64,000 nt of DNA, taken from the IMG/VR virus record IMGVR_UViG_3300018080_000098, positions 285,794-349,793 of that record; one strand, 5' to 3'. Made by a program: the position numbers and the translations under genes. The notes below the pieces were generated by a model. That model worked only from the letters and a program-made list of their open reading frames with translations. It had not been told where the DNA came from and did no database searches. Shown here one piece after another: positions 62,012 to 64,000 of this stretch (position 1 is its first letter; each line of letters begins with the position of its first letter).

Positions 62012-62533
62012 CTACTTCTCTTCTTTCCTTAACCGCAACACACCTTCTCCACCCGGGTCTACGCCCGCAGTGACACTCACCACAGACTCCACCCCTACCG
62101 TGTCCCCGTCCCAATACTCACAGTTGTCCGCGTGAGCTACCAGCGTAGCCCGAGTATCCTTGTCGAGAATATCCTGCACGCTATCAGCTTCCACGTAGAA
62201 CTCGACTTCCTCGACCACCGTCCGCTGCATCTTGACCAAGTAGACCTTGCGCTTGTCGTACTCCGTCCCGTCCGCGCAGACTACTTTCTCCAGAGTCTTC
62301 GACGTGCCTGCCCCTATCAGCTGCACCCCAACCTCCGGATTGTCCGCGTGTACCGAAATAGCAGACCCCTCCCGACCCGCTATCCTCTGTGCCAAACTGC
62401 GCGCAGTCTCCAGAGCTTCCACATGGGTAGGGATACTATCCTCGTACAGTTGCCACTCAGGCTTGTACGCTCGGTAAATACCCACCACCCAAAAAGACCC
62501 TCGGTGTTTTACGTGAACTTCCACAGCAGCCAT
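62012..62533 (-). CDS. Hypothetical protein
   Basis: AGGAG RBS; 173 aa. Confidence 0.65.
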   Translation of the reverse strand: MAAVEVHVKHRGSFWVVGIYRAYKPEWQLYEDSIPTHVEALETARSLAQRIAGREGSAISVHADNPEVGVQLIGAGTSKTLEKVVCADGTEYDKRKVYLVKMQRTVVEEVEFYVEADSVQDILDKDTRATLVAHADNCEYWDGDTVGVESVVSVTAGVDPGGEGVLRLRKEEK

Positions 62534-62542
62534 TGGCTTCTC

Positions 62543-62995
62543 CTACGCCCAAAGACTCTTGAGCTTCGTCTTCCGCGCCCGCAGGTACACCCCCCGCCCC
62601 ATGGCGAACCCGGAATAAATATCTCCCTCGAACTCGAAGCGAAGGTAGGTCCGCTCGCCCCCGAAGTTGTCGCGGCACTCGTTCAGAATGTTCACCCTGG
62701 CCGACAGTACCCCACCGGGCCAGTTGGTCACACTCTTCCCGTCACTCGACAGGTAAGCGAACACCCTACCCGTCTCCTGAATGTGAGCCTTCTCTCTTTC
62801 CGTTGCACACTCGTAGCAGAACGTCTCCCCCGTCTCCGGGTTCTCCCCGTACCCCGTGGTCATCGGCATACCGTGGGGATGCAGATGTCTCGGTGCGCTC
62901 GGCTTGTGTCCGCAGTCCAGCTTCCGCGCGTAGTACGCATCGGCAAAGTTCTGCGCGAACAGGCTACGTCTCTCTTCTTCACTCGTGTTGTGCAT
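62543..62995 (-). CDS. Hypothetical phage protein
   Basis: Start moved to ATG 62995; FCYECA, AYLSSDGKSVTNWPG motifs. Confidence 0.7.
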   Translation of the reverse strand: MHNTSEEERRSLFAQNFADAYYARKLDCGHKPSAPRHLHPHGMPMTTGYGENPETGETFCYECATEREKAHIQETGRVFAYLSSDGKSVTNWPGGVLSARVNILNECRDNFGGERTYLRFEFEGDIYSGFAMGRGVYLRARKTKLKSLWA

Positions 62996-63099
62996 TTTCT
63001 CGCTCCACTGTTTCCGTCCAACAAATCGAATATAAATCGCCGCGCCGCGTTTGTCAATCAAATATTTTTCACGCACCGATTTTTTGCGGCTCACCTTCC

Positions 63100-63122
63100 C
63101 TAGATAGTTATTCTCTAGCATC
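63100..63122 (+). promoter_or_regulatory. Conserved upstream motif of + strand gene, copy 2
   Basis: CTAGATAGTTATTCTCTAGCATC. Confidence 0.55.
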
Positions 63123-63145
63123 GTACACCAACAGGAGCATTTATC

Positions 63146-63409
63146 ATGCCTGCGAAACATATTCAGGTCAACGGCCACAAGTATCAACTCGTTACCGCAG
63201 ACCAGGACGAGCTAAACGCACTGCGCCAGCAATTAGAGCGCCACAAAAAACAGGCGAAAGAAATGTTCTTCGCCCTCGGCTACATCATATCGTGGATAGT
63301 AAAAGACGAGGTCGCCCCCAAGGTAGGAGAAGAAGTAGCGAAGGATATAAGGAGTAGGCTGGAGAGTATCAGAAACAACCTACGTTCATTAGGGTGGCCG
63401 TCCGGATAA
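63146..63409 (+). CDS. Small GxxY-motif protein on the + strand within the early region
   Basis: CAGGAG RBS; MPAKHIQVNGHKYQLVTA. Confidence 0.7.
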   Translation: MPAKHIQVNGHKYQLVTADQDELNALRQQLERHKKQAKEMFFALGYIISWIVKDEVAPKVGEEVAKDIRSRLESIRNNLRSLGWPSG

Positions 63410-63462
63410 CCCCTCAAGCTCCATCCCTACCCCCTGAGCGTACACCCACCTCCCCGTCGTTC

Positions 63463-63596
63463 GGTTTAACCATTCGTCCCGCTGCGCCGCGGCGCATCGA
63501 AGCAGCTCACCAACCCTTTAGACTATCCAGATGCGACAACAATATTTTTGAAGGTGCGAAGCGGTTAGACTATCCACAATTTTGTATAGAGAGAAC
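63463..63596. repeat. Long conserved intergenic element C, copy 5
   Basis: GGTTTAACC...GCTGCGCCGC...CCTTTAGACTATCCAGAT...TAGACTATCCA...TTTTGTATAGAGAGAAC. Confidence 0.75.
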
Positions 63597-63601
63597 CTAC
63601 C

Positions 63602-64000
63602 CTACCCACACTCAGGACACTCATCACCGTGCGTCAGAAGCGCCCCGCACTCAGCGCAAGCCGGAACTTCGATTACGTGATCCTTCAGCCACTGAGCCGC
63701 TAGGTCGATAAAGGCTTTGTACTCCTTCAGCTCCTCTTCAGAGTAGCCGTGAGACTCCCCGATCTCCCGGTAGTTCTTCAGCCAATACTCCACCGTATGT
63801 ACCTCACACCCCACGGCAATCTTGTCCGCGGCGGCTGTAGTCAGGAAATACCGAGAGCCCTGGATTTGCAGCGGCGAAATTTCCCAAGCACTCCCGTACA
63901 CCCGAGCATCCCCGTACACCCGAGCATCCCCGTACACCCGAGCATCCCCGTACACCCGAGCATCCCCGTACACCCGAGCATCCCCGTACACCCGAGCATC
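63602..64000 (-). CDS. Hexapeptide (VYGDAR) repeat protein, 5' end outside window
   Basis: 18-bp tandem repeat CCCGTACACCCGAGCATC (x6) at ~63893-64000 encodes VYGDAR; left-handed beta-helix-like; C-terminal CAEC...CPEC. Confidence 0.75.
   Translation of the reverse strand, partial: DARVYGDARVYGDARVYGDARVYGDARVYGDARVYGSAWEISPLQIQGSRYFLTTAAADKIAVGCEVHTVEYWLKNYREIGESHGYSEEELKEYKAFIDLAAQWLKDHVIEVPACAECGALLTHGDECPECG

Larger units (their letters stand above)
43989..63070 (-). promoter_or_regulatory. Family of about 21 sigma70-type early promoters with a conserved GTCGGACGGAAAC leader and AT-rich UP element
   Basis: Leader near 43990, 44356, 45381, 46701, 47817, 48530, 48821, 50165, 51211, 52003, 52432, 53175, 53777, 54315, 54870, 55490, 56288, 58148, 59612, 61948, 63010; examples TTGACT-N17-TATATT (~58165-58193) and TTGACA-N17-TATTTT (~61967-61995). 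Confidence 0.85.
43592..63471. repeat. GGTTWAACC palindromic site, 25 dispersed copies at cassette boundaries
   Basis: Starts at 43592, 44094, 44491, 45890, 46158, 46798, 47904, 48910, 49359, 50289, 51322, 52093, 52529, 53318, 53897, 54447, 55008, 55683, 55726, 56458, 56510, 58297, 58342, 60014, 63463; none noticed before 43.5 kb. Confidence 0.9.

Noticed and set aside
43592-63471. Classical integron with attC cassettes
   Set aside because: No integrase or attI in the window, no long imperfect attC hairpins, and the cassettes carry their own promoters; only the 7-nt core resemblance remains.

Overview
This window is a segment of a large, apparently lytic dsDNA phage read in the standard genetic code. 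A myxobacterial-type Cys-rich lipoprotein hints at a Myxococcota/deltaproteobacterial host (inference). There are three zones. (1) 1-11.4 kb, + strand: tightly packed acidic or Lys-rich, probably virion-associated proteins sharing a short [IV]-x-[YFV]-x-G-x-x-Y motif, followed by a sigma-like protein and an apparently inactive 3'-5' exonuclease. (2) 11.4-42.4 kb, - strand: accessory operons with an HslV-like peptidase, the Cys-rich lipoprotein, an ABC-type ATPase, six MK[IV]RxGFVSNSS proteins, an Apyc1-like MBL hydrolase, a radical SAM enzyme and a pyruvoyl arginine decarboxylase. The top signal lies here: a solitary Cas7/RAMP-like gene (20387-20974) plus 19 dispersed intergenic tracts with strict 5-nt periodicity, (N)GY-NN. 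This matches my recollection of VIPR-type RNA-guided systems, but here the tracts are scattered over 22 kb and most end in the RBS of the next gene. (3) 42.8-64 kb: a GGAACA-rich putative origin, then more than 20 self-contained cassettes (sigma70-like promoter, GTCGGACGGAAAC leader, 1-4 small genes or RNAs, terminator) bounded by 25 GGTTWAACC sites. This zone includes two ribosomal protein bL12 paralogues, tRNA-His, tRNA-Tyr, a tRNA-like RNA, a two-copy pseudoknot RNA and a five-copy ~125-nt element. All family assignments are motif-level recognition by eye; no searches were run. Many starts were moved from the ORF track to RBS-supported codons.
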